From Hemiscyllium ocellatum (lineage: Eukaryota): a DNA stretch of 64,000 nucleotides. The translations under genes and the position numbers were made by a program. Location of the stretch: NCBI RefSeq assembly GCF_020745735.1, contig NC_083410.1, forward strand, positions 4,314,117 to 4,378,116, read 5' to 3'. Shown here in pieces: positions 12,281 through 25,080 of this stretch. Under the pieces are notes generated by a model. The model saw only the letters and a list, made by a program, of their open reading frames with translations. It was not told the DNA's origin and ran no database searches. Numbering within the stretch: the first letter of the stretch is position 1; the number at the start of each line of letters is the position of its first letter.

Positions 12281-12538
12281 GTTGGGAAGACCAGAGTGGG
12301 ACCCTCTCAGTGAAGCAGCATTGGTTGGGAAGCCCGGAGTGGGACACTCCAGGAAGTGCAGCATGGGTTGGGAAGCCAAGAGTGAGATACCCGAGGAGGT
12401 GCAGTGTGAGTTGCGAAGCCTGGAGCAGGACGCTCCAGCAGGTGTGATGTGGGCAGAGAAGCCTGGAGCAGGACACTGTACAAGCTGAAGTGTGCACTGG
12501 GAAGCCTGGAAAGGGACACTCTCGGCAGCATGTGTCAC
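12281..12538 (+). repeat. Degenerate 43-bp minisatellite, ~6 copies
   Basis: A gttgggaagcc-like anchor recurs at 12281, 12324, 12367, 12410, 12453 and 12496. Confidence 0.8.
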
Positions 12539-13577
12539 ATTGGTGAAGGAAATTTTGTAGTCTTTTTCTAAGTTCTCTTTTCTTTATTTTAATTTTAAGA
12601 TGGTGTGAATGGCACTAATACACAGCAACAGTATACACTTTGCACTGTTTTCCATATTGAAATGCACATGACAATAAATTTTACAATTTCTCAATCCAGA
12701 GCAACTCTCTGACTGATTCATTAAAACTTGCAGCTGACAGGAATGCTGAAAGAAAAATCAGCTGACTTTCTTCAGGCTTAAAGTACAGTTTACTGCAGAG
12801 AACAGGCAGACAGCTCTTGATCTGGTGCAGATCTGATGGCTTTTGTGTCTTATTCCCACTCTCAAACTTGCTGAGCTCCCTGTGAGCTATTCACATTGTT
12901 ATTGCAAGGCAGAAGGATTTTGTTATAAACAACTAACCACAGGTTCACAGAACAAACAGCTACATGTTGTTGGTTAGAACTCCACTATTACCAACCCTCC
13001 AACCTCATCCCCTCCCTCCCACCTCAAATCCCTCTTTCTCTCTCTCCATCCTCCTTTTCCACATGCTCTGTGAACACTCTCTCACTACTGTCCCAAAAGG
13101 CAGTTGTGTCAACTACACTTACAATGAGGGTCAGGTTACTTGATTTCAGAAGGTTCAGGAATCCCTCAACAATCCTTGATTTCTAAAATAGTTAATTTTC
13201 CATTTCAGTCCACACTCAAAAATACAAAACATAAAAAATTGTACATTCCTTGACAGCTTGTGTCTCGAGAGGGAGATCAGGAAGACTGATCTTAGATCTC
13301 TACATGATCTCTCAGACACTCGTGAGGGACTATTGGAGAACAGTTTAGCATGGCTCATCTCCAATTAGTCCTCATGGTGACCAGCAACTGATCCTTCAGC
13401 AGTGAAAAAAAGCACTCAAATTACTAAATGAGATGTACTGGCCCAACTTGTTTTATGTAATTCAGAGTCAGGGTTGAGTCTGACCGGGATGTTCATGTTC
13501 AAATGTTCCTGATTTTGTTCCTGATTTTCTCTCTTGGATCTAATTCTCTCTGTGAACTATATTCCTTTTCCATTCAG

Positions 13578-13615
13578 CTGTACTGTCAGCTGCCTGCAGC
13601 TATGATTCGAAAACT
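13578..13615 (+). pseudogene. Possible small cytoplasmic exon (phase 1 to 0: VLSAACSYDSKT)
   Basis: Strong acceptor tattccttttccattcAG and weaker donor GTATGG at 13616. It bridges the phases between the TM exon and the ITAM exon. Confidence 0.4.
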
Positions 13616-13752
13616 GTATGGCAAATTAGTCACCTTCATGGAAATAGAAACATTTCAAGACTAATTCCTGCCTCTGTCTAATCAGCATTCAGTCATCTCT
13701 CATTTCACAATGATTACTGAACACAATATTTATTGTTTCCTTCTTATTACAG

Positions 13753-13794
13753 AATATGAAAGATTCTCCAGCAGATTCTGACTCAATCTACATG
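13753..13794 (+). pseudogene. ITAM exon a (NMKDSPADSDSIYM), phase 0-0
   Basis: Acceptor ttgtttccttcttattacAG and donor ATG|GTAAAT. 42 nt open, ending in D-S-I-Y-M. Confidence 0.75.
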
Positions 13795-14990
13795 GTAAAT
13801 ATCTTGCACTGCAATTAACATTCGGGTTTACAACATTCACCCTGTTCCCAAAGAGTCCTCTTTCTGCATTTCCATTCATCCCATAATCTGACTGACATTT
13901 CTATCCACCAATCACAATGAGTGGAAATGCGCTCAGTGCCTAGCAAACCGAAATGTCCACCCTGCTGAATTCCCAACTCGATTACTGAGATCCTCCTGTT
14001 CTCCACTCTTTGACCTCATTGCTTTTCAATCCCAGAATCAGACCACCAGATACCAAGCCTCACCTGGACCCTCCAAGTTCAAGTCTCATCCTCTGCCACT
14101 TGCCCATTGGCTCTCTGCTATCCTTTCTTCACTCATACCCAGTCCATGGTCTCCTCAGTCACTGCCTACCTCAGGAGCCAGCTGTGCTCAGCACTGCAAT
14201 CCACAATTCACAGAAAGGAAATGTTTTTCCATTTATATCACTCCTCTCACAACCCCAACATGGCCTGGGAGCCTTCACAATGACTGAAGTGTTTTGAAGT
14301 GTGGTCACTCTGATCAGAAAGAGAGGAACTGATTTAAACACAGCAAGGTCACTGGGAGAACAATGCTGCTTTAGAATATATGAACATAAGAAATAGGAGC
14401 AAGTGCAAAGCTGACAGCTTCTCCAAGCTGCTCCACCATTTGACACAATCCTGGCGGATAATCTACCCCAATTCCACTTCCCCACCTACTCCTCATTTCC
14501 CAGAAATTCTCAGAGAAACCGAAGGTCTGTCCCTTCCAACCTGAAATGCACTCAGTGATGGAACATTGCCAATTCTTTTGCAGAGAGAATTCCAGATTAA
14601 CTACTTGAGGAAATTAGTTTCTATCAAAAAGATCATTTACTTTCCTGCTCGGGAAGATAGGGTTTCAGTTTGACATCTCATTGAAAAGCCTGTCCTGCTG
14701 ACAGTGCTGCACTGCCTCTGTACTGCACTGAGGGGGCAGCCTGGGTGGTATGATCAAATCTCAAGACTTGGCTTTCAATCCAAAATCTCCAGTCTCAAAA
14801 TCAAATGTTTTTCCACTGAGCTGACACTAATGAATGACGGAGGCTGCTAATATGAATCTGGTTCCAGGGAGGGAAATCCCTTTTGCCCATAAGCAGTAAA
14901 TATTGTTAGAATTTGAAATAATTCTAAATAAGTCATCATTGTGTCCACATTTTAGATCACATGTTTTAACATTTCTCTTTTTCCTGTTAG

Positions 14991-15033
14991 GCACTACAGC
15001 AATAGGATCACTCTATTTACAGTGAGCTGAAAG
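14991..15033 (+). pseudogene. ITAM exon b (ALQQ*DHSIYSELK), phase 0-1, with premature TAG at 15003-15005
   Basis: Acceptor atttctctttttcctgttAG and donor AAG|GTATGT. Joined to exon a it gives Y-M-A-L-x7-Y-S-E-L. Confidence 0.75.
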
Positions 15034-16544
15034 GTATGTTTCTAGTTTACCAGGTGCAGCAATGTTTATGCTATCTCTAAGAATATGAGAATCTGGGTGT
15101 GGGGATTGTGTTATTCATGAGTCTAAGAGCTACTATTATGTACACTGCTTCAGAAATGGAGGAGACTCCTGACCTTCCTCAGGCTTATCGATGTCAGGAC
15201 TAACATTAGTGACTGGGTTACACAGAGCAGGATTATTTCCAGTACAGTCCCATGCTTCATGTGATCTGATACAAGATGGAGTCAGAGATCATTGTTATCT
15301 CAGGTCACAGGTTGTGATGCAGTGATGATGTCATCACCATGTACAATCATAGAATCATTCAGTACAAAAGAGATCCTTCAGCCATTGCGTCTGTTCCATC
15401 AATCATTACACTAAACCTCCATGAGTTCAAATTTCAACCACTATGTTCACAGCCTTGAATATTATGACATTGCAGTTGCTTATCCAAGTTATTTCTGAAG
15501 GCTGTGGTTTCCCACCTCAACTACTCTCCCAGGCAGTGAATTCCATATTTCTGCCACTCTCTGGGTGAAATGACCTTTCCTCAAATCCCCTCTAATCCTC
15601 CAGCCTTTCATAGATTCATTGAATCATACAGCATTGAACCAGACCTTTCGGTCCAACTTGTCCATGCTGACCATTTTCCCAGTTGAAACTAGTCCAATTT
15701 GCATGTGTTTGACCCATATCCAATGAAACCTTTCCTGTTCATGTCCCAGTCGAAATGTCTTTTAAATGTTGCAGTTATACCTGTATCTACCATTTCCTCT
15801 GGCAGTTCATTCCACTTATGAACCACCCTCCATGTGAATATATTGCTCCTCGGGTCCCTTTTAAATCATGCTCCTGTCACTTTAAAAATGTGTGCCCTAG
15901 TTTTGCATCCCTTACCCTCAGGAAATTATCTTTGCTCTTCACCCTATCTATGTTTCTCCTGAGTTTTAAGGTCACTCCCTCAACCTCTAATGCTCTAGTG
16001 ATAAAAGTGTCAGCCTGTCCAGCCTCTCCTTCTAACTGAGGACAAGCTTCCCAGCTTCCTCTGTCCCTCTGAGCTTCCTCGTGTCCTGTCATTCATTGAG
16101 TCCTCCATGTCTCATACAGATCACCTGACCCGCTGACTGTGAGACTGAACACAAGAACCAATGAAGTGGAATTAAAAACACAGCCTAATGGTGACCATTG
16201 AAAACTGGTCGATGGTCATCAATAACTTCCCAGTTAATGAACATATCTCTCAGGGAGAGAAACATATCTCTCAGGAAGGGAAACCTGTCCCTTATACCTG
16301 GGCGGGTCTACATGTGACTCCAGACCCACAGCAATGTGATTGAGTCTAAACAACCCTCTGAAATGGCTCTAACAAGACAGTCAGTTCAAGGGACAATTCG
16401 GGAATGGGTAGTGAATGCTGGCCCAGTCAGTGACATCCACATCCCATGAATGAATAAAAAATAAACCATCACTCAACATGGCCCTGGGTTTATTGTAATC
16501 ATTTTGCAAATGAGGGTATGGTTGGCTGCACCAGCTTTTGCAAA

Positions 16545-16705
16545 AGTGGGTACTGCAGATGCTGGAGATCAGAGTCAAGTTTAGAGTGATGCTGGAAAAA
16601 CACAGCAGGTCAGACAGCAGCCGAGGAGCAGGAAAATTGACGTTTCAGGCAAAAGCCCTTCATCAGGAATGAGACAGGGAGCCTCCAGGGTGGAGAGATA
16701 AATGG
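16545..16705 (-). mobile_element. PLE terminus with hammerhead-like motif (16639-16666)
   Basis: Reverse complement reads ctgatgaagggcttttgcctgaaacgtc. Confidence 0.7.
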
Positions 16706-16816
16706 TGTCATGAACTGACAGTGGGCAGTGAGTGCAGTGTGGTCATAGGCTATTATTGGTCATGTCTGAGACACACACACTCACTCGCTCACTCTCATAG
16801 CACCAAAGCATTTTTA

Positions 16817-17120
16817 ATAGAATCCCTACAGTGTGGGAACAGACCCTTCAGCCCAACAAGTCCACACTGACGCTCCAATGACTAACCCACCCAGACTCAT
16901 TCCTCTACCCTATTATCCTATATTTACCCATGACTAATGCACCTAGCCTGCAAATCCCTGAACAAAATGGGCAATTGAGCATGGCCAATTCACCTAACCT
17001 GCACATCTTTGGACTGTGGGAGGGAACTGGAGAAACTGGAGACACAGGAAACTCCACAGACAGTTGTCCAAACCTGGAATCAAACCCAGTTTCCTTGTGC
17101 TGGTGTTGTGACCAACTGCA
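16817..17120 (-). mobile_element. HE1-type tRNA-derived SINE (diverged)
   Basis: Contains aattcacctaacctgcacatctttggactgtggga...ggaaactccacagacag, the V-SINE core. Confidence 0.8.
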
Positions 17121-17300
17121 GCCTTGACTGACATTGTCTCTGGGATACATACATTCCTCACCAGCTGGTGAGACAGGCTGGGAGCTTCCAGGCAGGAATC
17201 TCTAAGTTATCTCCTGGATAAACCTATTACACGTGAAATTATCTTTTGTTGCTGCATTTCATGAAAAATTAATTTTGGAAATTTTAATTTTATTTGACAG

Positions 17301-17404
17301 GCCCTAAAGCAACTCCTGAAACCAAAACTACAGAATCAATCCTTCTGTGCAATACTGGGGTCCAGGAACATAAGGATTCTTCCCAGACTATGCACACTCA
17401 TTGA
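17301..17404 (+). pseudogene. Candidate terminal exon of gene 1 (GPKATPETKTTESILLCNTGVQEHKDSSQTMHTH*)
   Basis: Acceptor attttaattttatttgacAG, phase 1 matching the previous exon, and AATAAA at 17736-17741. Nearer alternative acceptors at ~15183 and ~15303 cannot be excluded. Confidence 0.4.
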
Positions 17405-18859
17405 TAGATATTGCAAACAGTTGAGACCTCAGCACTGACCCTGCGACAATCTCTGATTCTTACCCTGTCTGGCCTAATGTGACTTCAGAAACAGAGTTTA
17501 ATTTCATTAATTTTTGTCTCCTCTCTGGGCACTTTGGAACAACCAATAAATGCTGGCTATCCATTAATGCCCAATATGTGAACAAGTGAAAGGCCAGCTT
17601 CACTAGTTACAGCCTGAAAATGACCCATTTATCACTGCTGTTTGTTGTTGTAAATCCATCCTCCATTCATGAAAAAATTATCCTCCCTTTAATGTGAGCT
17701 GTTATTGGACAGCATAACCTCTGATGTGCTTTAGAAATAAAAATGTACCACATCGACAGATTGTTCTTTCTCAACATTGATTGTTATTTTGTCAACGAGC
17801 TGATGAATGAACCAAACATCTTTTCACTTCCACAAAAGCTCAATGCAGAATGCTTGTCTGCACTGAGATTTCAAATTCCCGTGCTGTAACAGCCTTGATA
17901 ATCAATTTGAACAAATGTTTGGTGAACTCCTTATTGTTTTCTCCTGGCTTTGAAGTGATGTTGCAGGAGGTGGAGTTCCCATGTACCTGCTGCCCTTGTA
18001 CTTCTACAAGTGGTTGTGAGTTTAGAAGATGCTGCCTGAGGACATGTGGTGAATTTCTGCAGTGATCTTGTCAAGGGTAAACACTACTGTTACTGAGGGT
18101 TGGTGGTGGAGAGAGGTGATGTTTGAAGGCATGGTACCATTCAAGTGGGTGCTTTGTACTGGATGGTATCAAGCTCTTTTAACTGTTGTTGGGAAGCTTT
18201 AAGAAATCATTTGTGATGTAGATCACATGTTCACATTGCAATGAGTGACCAGTTCCTCCCAACCTCTGCAACTGAACAGCATTACAGTCTGTGTGCACTG
18301 TCCTGTGTCTGTAACTGTAAAAAACCTCACCCCTTGTGTATCTTTTTCATTGAAAATAATAAGTGTATTTTTTAAAAATTATCAATGTCCACATTGGATA
18401 CAAATCTCTCCCTTCGCGACATAAGGAATATTTTTGATTCATTTTATTTTAAACCACCACCAAATGCTGTGTGTAATTAATTAAACTGCAATGAGGCAGG
18501 TTTAATCAGACCAACATCAACACTCTCAAGGACTGATTAAAAAACCCAGATCAAATGGAGTGTCGCTCAGTGACCCCGAACCAGCCCCTCCTCTGATTGC
18601 GCATAGAGCTAAAGGTTTTCTTGGTCAGACTTTGGGGAAATAATGTCAGTGAGCCCTCAAATTAGCATCTTCGTCACTGTTTATGAGTGTATCTGGAACT
18701 TGCTGTTCTTGCATAATTCCTTTACAACTTCCAATTATTTCAAATGTGCCTCATTTCTAAGGGGTGGGGTTTACAACACCATGCCACTATTTAAAGTGTG
18801 ATGGGACACGTTATTTAAAATATAGGCTCTGCACAGTACCATCTATCCTAGCTCCTAAG

Positions 18860-20620
18860 ATAGAACACAGAACATATAGTACAGACCATTCGGCCCTCGA
18901 TGTTGCACCAACCTGTGGAACCAACCTGAAGCCCATCGAACCTACACTATTCCATGAACATCCATATGTTTATCCAATAACTATTTAAATGCCCTGAAAA
19001 TTGACGAGTCTACTGTTGTAAACAGGGCATTCCACTCTCTTACTCTGAGTAAAGAAACTACCTCTGACATCAGTCTTCTGTCTATCACCCCTCAATTTAA
19101 AGCAATGTCCCCTCATGTTAGCCATCACCATCTGTGGAAAAAGGCTCTCCCTGTCCACCCTCTGATTAGCTTATATGTATGAATTAAATCACATCTCAAC
19201 CTTCTCTCTTATGAAAACAGCCTCAAGTCCCTCACCCTTAGCCTTGTGTCATAAGATTTTTCCATTATGCCAGGCAACATTCTAGTAAATCTCCTCTGAA
19301 CCCTTTGCAAAGTATCCATATCCTTCCTATAATGCTGTGACCAGATCTGTAATCAGTGTTCCAAGTGTAGCCGCACCAGAGTTTTGTTCAGCTTCAACAT
19401 GACCTCATGGCTCTGAAACTCAATCCATCTATCAATAAAAGCTAACACACCATATGCCTTCTTAACAATCCAATCATCCTGGGTGGCAACTTTCAGGGAT
19501 CTATGTACATGGACACCGAGGTCTCTCTGCTCATCTACACTATCAAGAATCTTAACATTCACTCAGTACACTTTATTCCCCTTGCTCCTTCCAAAGTAAA
19601 TAATCTCACACTTCTCAGTATTAAACTCCATTTGCCACCTCTCAGCCCAGCTCTGCAGCATATCCATATCCCTCTGTGACCTGCAACATCCTTCGGCAGT
19701 ATCCACAACTCCACCGACCTTAGTGTCATCTGCAAATTTACTAACCCTTCCTTCTATGCCCTCATCCAGGTCATTTATAAAAATGACAAAAAGCAATGTC
19801 CCCAAAACAGATTCTTGTGATACACCACCAGTAACTGAACACAAGGGTGAATATTTCCCATCAAACACCACCCTCTATCTTCTTTCAGCACACCAATTTC
19901 TGATCCAAACTGCTAAATTACCCTCAATCCCATGCCTCCATATTTTCTGCAATAGCCTACCATGGGAAACCTGATCAAACACCTTACTGACATCCATATA
20001 CACCACATCAACCATTTTACCGTCACCCACACTGTTTGGTCACCTTCTCAAAGAACTCAATAAGTTTTATGAAGCACGACCTACCCATCACAAAATTGTA
20101 TTGACTATCCCTAATCAAATTATTCCTCTCTAGATGATAATAAATCTGATTTGTTAGAATATTTTCTAACACTTGACCAACAAGTGAAGTAAGACTCACT
20201 GGTCTATAATTATCAGGGTTGTCTCTACTCACCTTCTGGAAAAGAAGTCAACATTTGCTCTCCTCCAGTCTTCTGGCACTATTCTTACAGACAATGATGA
20301 CATAACTATCAAAACCAAAGGCTTTGCAATCTCCTCCTTGGCTTCCCAGAGGATCCTAGGATAAATCCCATTCGATCCAGAGGATTTATCTATTTTCACA
20401 CTTTCTAGAATAACTCACACCTCCTCCTTGTGAACCTTAATCCCATCTGGTCTAGTAGCCTGTTTTTCAGTATTCTCCTTGACAACATTGTCTTTTTCAA
20501 GTGTGAATACCAATGAAAAATATTCATTTAATGCTTCCCCTATCTCCTCAGACTCCATGCACAATTTTCCACTTCTACCTTTGATTGGCCCTATAATCGA
20601 AGGACGAAGCAATGAAGCTA
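18860..20620 (-). mobile_element. CR1 LINE ORF2 (RT) fragment, decayed
   Basis: Minus frames: NYRPVSLTSLVGQVLE, GGVSQESVLGTLLFVIFINDL, KFADDTKVGG. Tail atagaacacagaacat. Confidence 0.85.
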
Positions 20621-20699
20621 AGCATGAAGTGTCTTTTTTCCCGCCCTGTCTACATGTGATGCGAACTTCAAAGAATTCTGTACCAGCACCTGGAGGTCC

Positions 20700-21860
20700 T
20701 CAGCTGAACAAACATTCCTCGCATCCACTTTCCTGGAAACTGATCATGAAGTTATCAACCTCAGACTTAAACATACACAAACTCTGCTCCACAGCTCTCT
20801 GGAGCAAGGAGCCCAAAGGTTCACAATCCTGTGAAAGAAGAAATCCATTCTCATCTCAGTCTGAAGCTGGTGCCCCTTAATTCTGAGACTGTGACCTCTG
20901 ATCTGAGACTCTCCCATGAGGGGAAACATCATCTCAGCATTTATTCTGTTAAGCCCCTTACGAATCCTATACGCTTCATAGGGATCACCTCTCATTCTTC
21001 TAAACTCAAGTGCCTGGAATCCTAACCTGTTCAGCCTTTGCTCAAATGACAATCCCTCCATACCAGGGATCATCCTCGTGAACCTTCTCTGAACTGCATC
21101 CAACGAGATAATATCTTTCTTTAAATAAGGTGAACCAAACTGCTGACAGTACACATGATGTAATCCCACCAGCACCTTGTACAATTGCAGTGAGACTTCC
21201 CTACACTTTCACTTCAACTCCCTTGAAATACGGGCCAACATTCCTGAGTTTAGTGCACAAGTTTACCCAATCTCTTTGTGTTGCAGCTTTCTGCAATTTC
21301 TCTCCATTTAAATAATATTCTATTCTTTTATTTTCCATTCCAAATTAAACATTTGGACACATTATACTCCATTTACCAGGTTTTGCACACTTTTTAAATG
21401 ATCAATATCTCTGTAAACTGTTTGCGTGTCTCTCACAAACTGCATTTTCACCTACTTTTGTGTCATCTTCAAATATTCCTACAGTACACTGGCCCCCTTT
21501 CTCCTGTTGTAATAAATTGTGGTCCTAGCACTGGAATCCCAATGGTCACCCTGTAAAAGAACCCCTTATCCCTTTTTGTTGTTTCCTGCCCATCAGCCAT
21601 TTCTCTGGCCACAATAATATGCTCCCTCCAATATTCTTGGCTCTTATCAAATGAATTAAACTTTTATGAGTAACCTCACCAAATGCCTCCTGGAAGAACA
21701 AACACAACAGATTTACTGGTTCCTCTATCTCCACTCTGTGTGAGACTTTCTTGAAAAACTCAAAGAAATTAGTCAAACACAATGTCCCTTTCATGAAGCC
21801 ACACTGACTATGCTTGATTAGATTATGATTTTCCGAATGTTCTGCTATTAATCCTTAACA
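20700..21860 (-). mobile_element. CR1 LINE RT/3' fragments
   Basis: LERVQRRFTRMIPG-like and CLTNFFEFF motifs in minus ORFs 20744-21184 and 21546-21794. Confidence 0.75.
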
Positions 21861-22672
21861 TATTTAAGTGATTTTTTTCCTCCATCTGGGAGGAAGGGAT
21901 TGTCCTGATTGGAGTTAATAATGAAAAGAAGGTTTGAAGCATCTCAGTTTCTTTGGGCCTTGACAGGGTGAATATGGCGAGAAGGTTGTTTCCTTTTGTG
22001 GGAGAGTTTGGGACCAGAGGGCAAAAGTTCATAGGAATTGGTCTGTGATTTAAGATAGAAATGAGGAGGAATTTCATCTCTCAGAGGAAGTGAATCTGAG
22101 GAGTTCTTTACCACAGAGGGCTGTTGAGACTGAGTCCTGAAGTAACTCTCAGTCTGATAGCGACAGAGTTTTAATCAGGAATGGAATCCAGAGTTATGGG
22201 GAAAAGGCAGGAAAGTAGAGATGGGGACTATCAGAGCGGCCATAGAACATAGAACATAGAAAGATACAGCGCAGTACAGGCCCTTCGGCCCTCGATGTTG
22301 CGCCGACCGAATCCTACCTAACCTACACTAGCCCAATAACTTCCAAATGCCTATCCAATGCCCGCTTAAATGACCATAAAGAAGGAGAGTTCACCACTGC
22401 TACTGGCAGGGCATTCCATGAACTCACAACCCGCTGTGTAAAGAATCTACCCCTAACATCTGTCCTATACCTACCACCCCTTAATTTAAAGCTGTATCTC
22501 ACTGAATGGCAGAACCAACCCGATGAGCTGAATGGCCTAATTCTGCTCCTATACCCTTTGGTCTGAAGGCCCTGTTGTGGTATTTAACATGCTATTGGAT
22601 GGTTATTTAAATATAAACGATGTGCAGGATGGAGGGGAAAAGGCAATTATTGGCCCTAAGTTAAAGTGATCA

Positions 22673-23560
22673 GAGAGCTCGTGCAAACACAATGTGCCCA
22701 ATGGTTTCCTTCTTCATCAGACCATTCCTGTGATTTCTGGAATAGTGAGATTTCACTCTGTGCAGCAATTGTTGCTTCCTCTTTTCTATTGCCTGGGCTC
22801 AGTTTTCAGCTGGTGTTTAGAAAAGACAAACTTCTCTCAGCCGAATTGTCAAAACCACATTTCCTGCAGCTGGACTCTCTCTTCGTTCTGTAGATGGTGA
22901 AATCCCCAGTTTGTTCTACAGCATTGTCTGTCCATTTTAACAGATGGGAAATGGTGGAAGCACAGGGGGACACTCTACACTCTCAGTGAGTGTGAGGGGA
23001 CAGCTTGAGAATTGAAAATTAATGTGAGTGTCAGCATGGGACCGTTGGTGGAACTCACTCTGAATCACAAAGCTGTAAATGCACTAACTTTGGAAAAATA
23101 AGAGGTTGTCTTTCAATCCACCCCAATGAGACCCACAGACTAATCCAATCCACCCCAAGTACACACCTTAATGTGCAGCATGTCCCTCAATCCCATTCTC
23201 CCCGTAAATGAATGACAGAAAAGGATGGGAGGAACACTCCATTTTCTGGTCTGTGTTCCCAGCCTGTGGAGCTCTGTGTCAGCTGCACCAAACAATCCCC
23301 AGACAGTGACAAATTCTCCTTGTGACTCTCCCCTCCAGTTCTCAATGTTCAAACTTATAGAATTCTCATAAACTCCACAGCAGCACAAACCATAGAAAGG
23401 TCATTATAACAAGTTAAACTTCTCCAAAGCAAACACTTAGCCAATGCAATACAGAGGGACAGGGTCACAGAAATCCAGTTAATACATCAAAATACAAAAT
23501 GTCCCAGCTAACTGCAGCTTCTTCAATCTCTCATATCTCAGAAGTTAAAGAAATTAAACT
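22673..23560 (-). repeat. Inverted paralogous block of promoter/leader/intron 1, homologous to ~34098-35253 (+)
   Basis: Long alignable stretches in reverse complement, e.g. the ORF-track pairs at 23140-23388 vs 34338-34556 and 22666-22893 vs 35063-35245. Confidence 0.85.
23441..23487 (-). pseudogene. Dead leader exon of an inverted paralog (...ISVTLSLCIALG)
   Basis: Reverse complement matches the gene 2 leader (gtgaccctgtccctctgt), but a ~60-nt deletion removes the start ATG and the donor is mutated GTAAGT>CTAAGT. Confidence 0.75.
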
Positions 23561-23789
23561 GTCAAGAGGAAGTTCAGCACAGTTCTCTAGTTTCTGTTGG
23601 GAGACTGCAGTTTGAACACATTCCTTATTCCATTTCTTGTGAGTTGCTTGCCTTCACAAGATTTCAATTCAGATTTTATATTTTTGCTGTGAACACTGAG
23701 GTACATTCAGAAGGCTTTTGATAAGCAGCCGTAGAAGAGATTAACATGAAAAATTAAAACCCATTGAGATTGGGATATTGCAATGAAAT

Positions 23790-25080
23790 GGATTGAGATT
23801 GAGATATTGCAATGAAACAGGTGACAAAGAATCAGAATAATTGGGTCAATTTCTGAGTGACAGACCGCGATTAGTAGCATACCACAGGGATCAGTATTTG
23901 GATTCTATGCCTTCACAATATAAATTTATGATTTAGAAAAGTGAACTGAATTTAATGTCTCCAAGTTTGCAGGTGACAGAAAGTTAAGTGGAGGGTGAGC
24001 TGTGAGAAAAACGTAGAGATGCTGCAATGTGGTTTGGACAGTCTGAGTGAGTGGGGAAATGCATGACAGATAAAGTATAATGTGAAGAAAGATGACTGAA
24101 AACAAAGAGTAGGAGTAAAAGTGTATCTCACATGAAGACCGACTGTTCCTTGTGGTATACTGCATGGTTCAGTTCAACAGCTCGAGAAATGGTTTGGATG
24201 TGGGGCCCAGTTGGAATGGTTCCAAACTTTCTGATGATACAAAAAGTAGGTAAGATTGGAAGCTGTGAGGAAGATGTAAGGAGGCATCAAGTGGCCAGGT
24301 TCAGTGAATGGGAAAGGACAAGGCAGATGGAATATAACGTGAATAGATGTGAAGATAGCGACTTCATCAAAGGAAACAGAAAGGCAGAATATTTTAAAAT
24401 AGTGACAGTTTGGGAATTGTTGGCATCCAAAGCGATCTGGGTTTCTGTGTTTAGGACTCACTAAAAGTCAGTGTGAGGCTGCAGCAGTCACTAAGGAAGG
24501 CAAATATCGGTCTTCACCACAAGGGAGTGGATTCCAGGAAGGAGGATGTCTTGCTGCAGTTGGACAAAGTATTGGGGAGACCACAGCTGGATTGTGGACA
24601 GTTTGTCCCCAAATGTAAGGAAGCACAGACTTACCATTGATGGAGTTGTATGGAGGGTCAGCAGAGTAATCCATGGGATGGTGGATTTTTGGATGGGAGA
24701 GAGTGAGGAAACTGGCCTGTACGCTCTCGAGTTTGAAAAATCAGAGGCGATTAAATTGAAACTTTCAACGAGATTCAAGGACACAACAGTGTGGATGTTG
24801 GTGGCAATGTTTCCCTTGGCTGGTGAGTCAAGATCCATGGGGCATTATCACAGGAAAGTAAGTCGTCCAATTGAGACTGAGATAAGGAGGAATTTCTTCA
24901 TCCAGACGGTGGGGAATCTGTGGAATTCCCTATCCCAAGGATGTGGGACCTCAGTCATTGAGTATGTTCAAGAAAGGAACTGAAAGATTTTGAGAGACCA
25001 ATGAATCGTGGATATTGAGATAATGAAGGAAAATGGCATTGAGGAAAATGACCAATCATGATTGAATTGATGGGCTGAAT
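23790..25080 (+). mobile_element. CR1 LINE RT/3' fragment, decayed
   Basis: SKFAGDRKLSG (FADD-like), YCS*TKYWGDHSWI and RRNFFIQTVGNLWNSL motifs. Confidence 0.75.

Larger units (their letters stand above)
1..17404 (+). pseudogene. Gene 1: multi-VJ-domain Ig-superfamily receptor pseudogene with TM and ITAM tail (5'-truncated by window)
   Basis: Phase-compatible exon chain V0(..129)-V1(1936-2282)-V2(5906-6245)-V3(9827-10173)-TM(11260-11433)-13578-13615-13753-13794-14991-15033-17301-17404. Stops and/or frameshifts occur in V1, V2, V3, the TM exon and the second ITAM exon. Confidence 0.8.

Noticed and set aside
12281-12538. CRISPR-like periodic array
   Set aside because: The context is eukaryotic and the units are degenerate over their whole length, with no constant repeat/unique spacer structure.
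13578-13664. Alternative phase-0 reading LYCQLPAAMIRKLYGKL resembling YxxL-x8-YxxL
   Set aside because: It lacks the acidic residues of real ITAMs, and the 13753/14991 exon pair gives a much better ITAM. Probably chance, though it cannot be excluded without paralogs.
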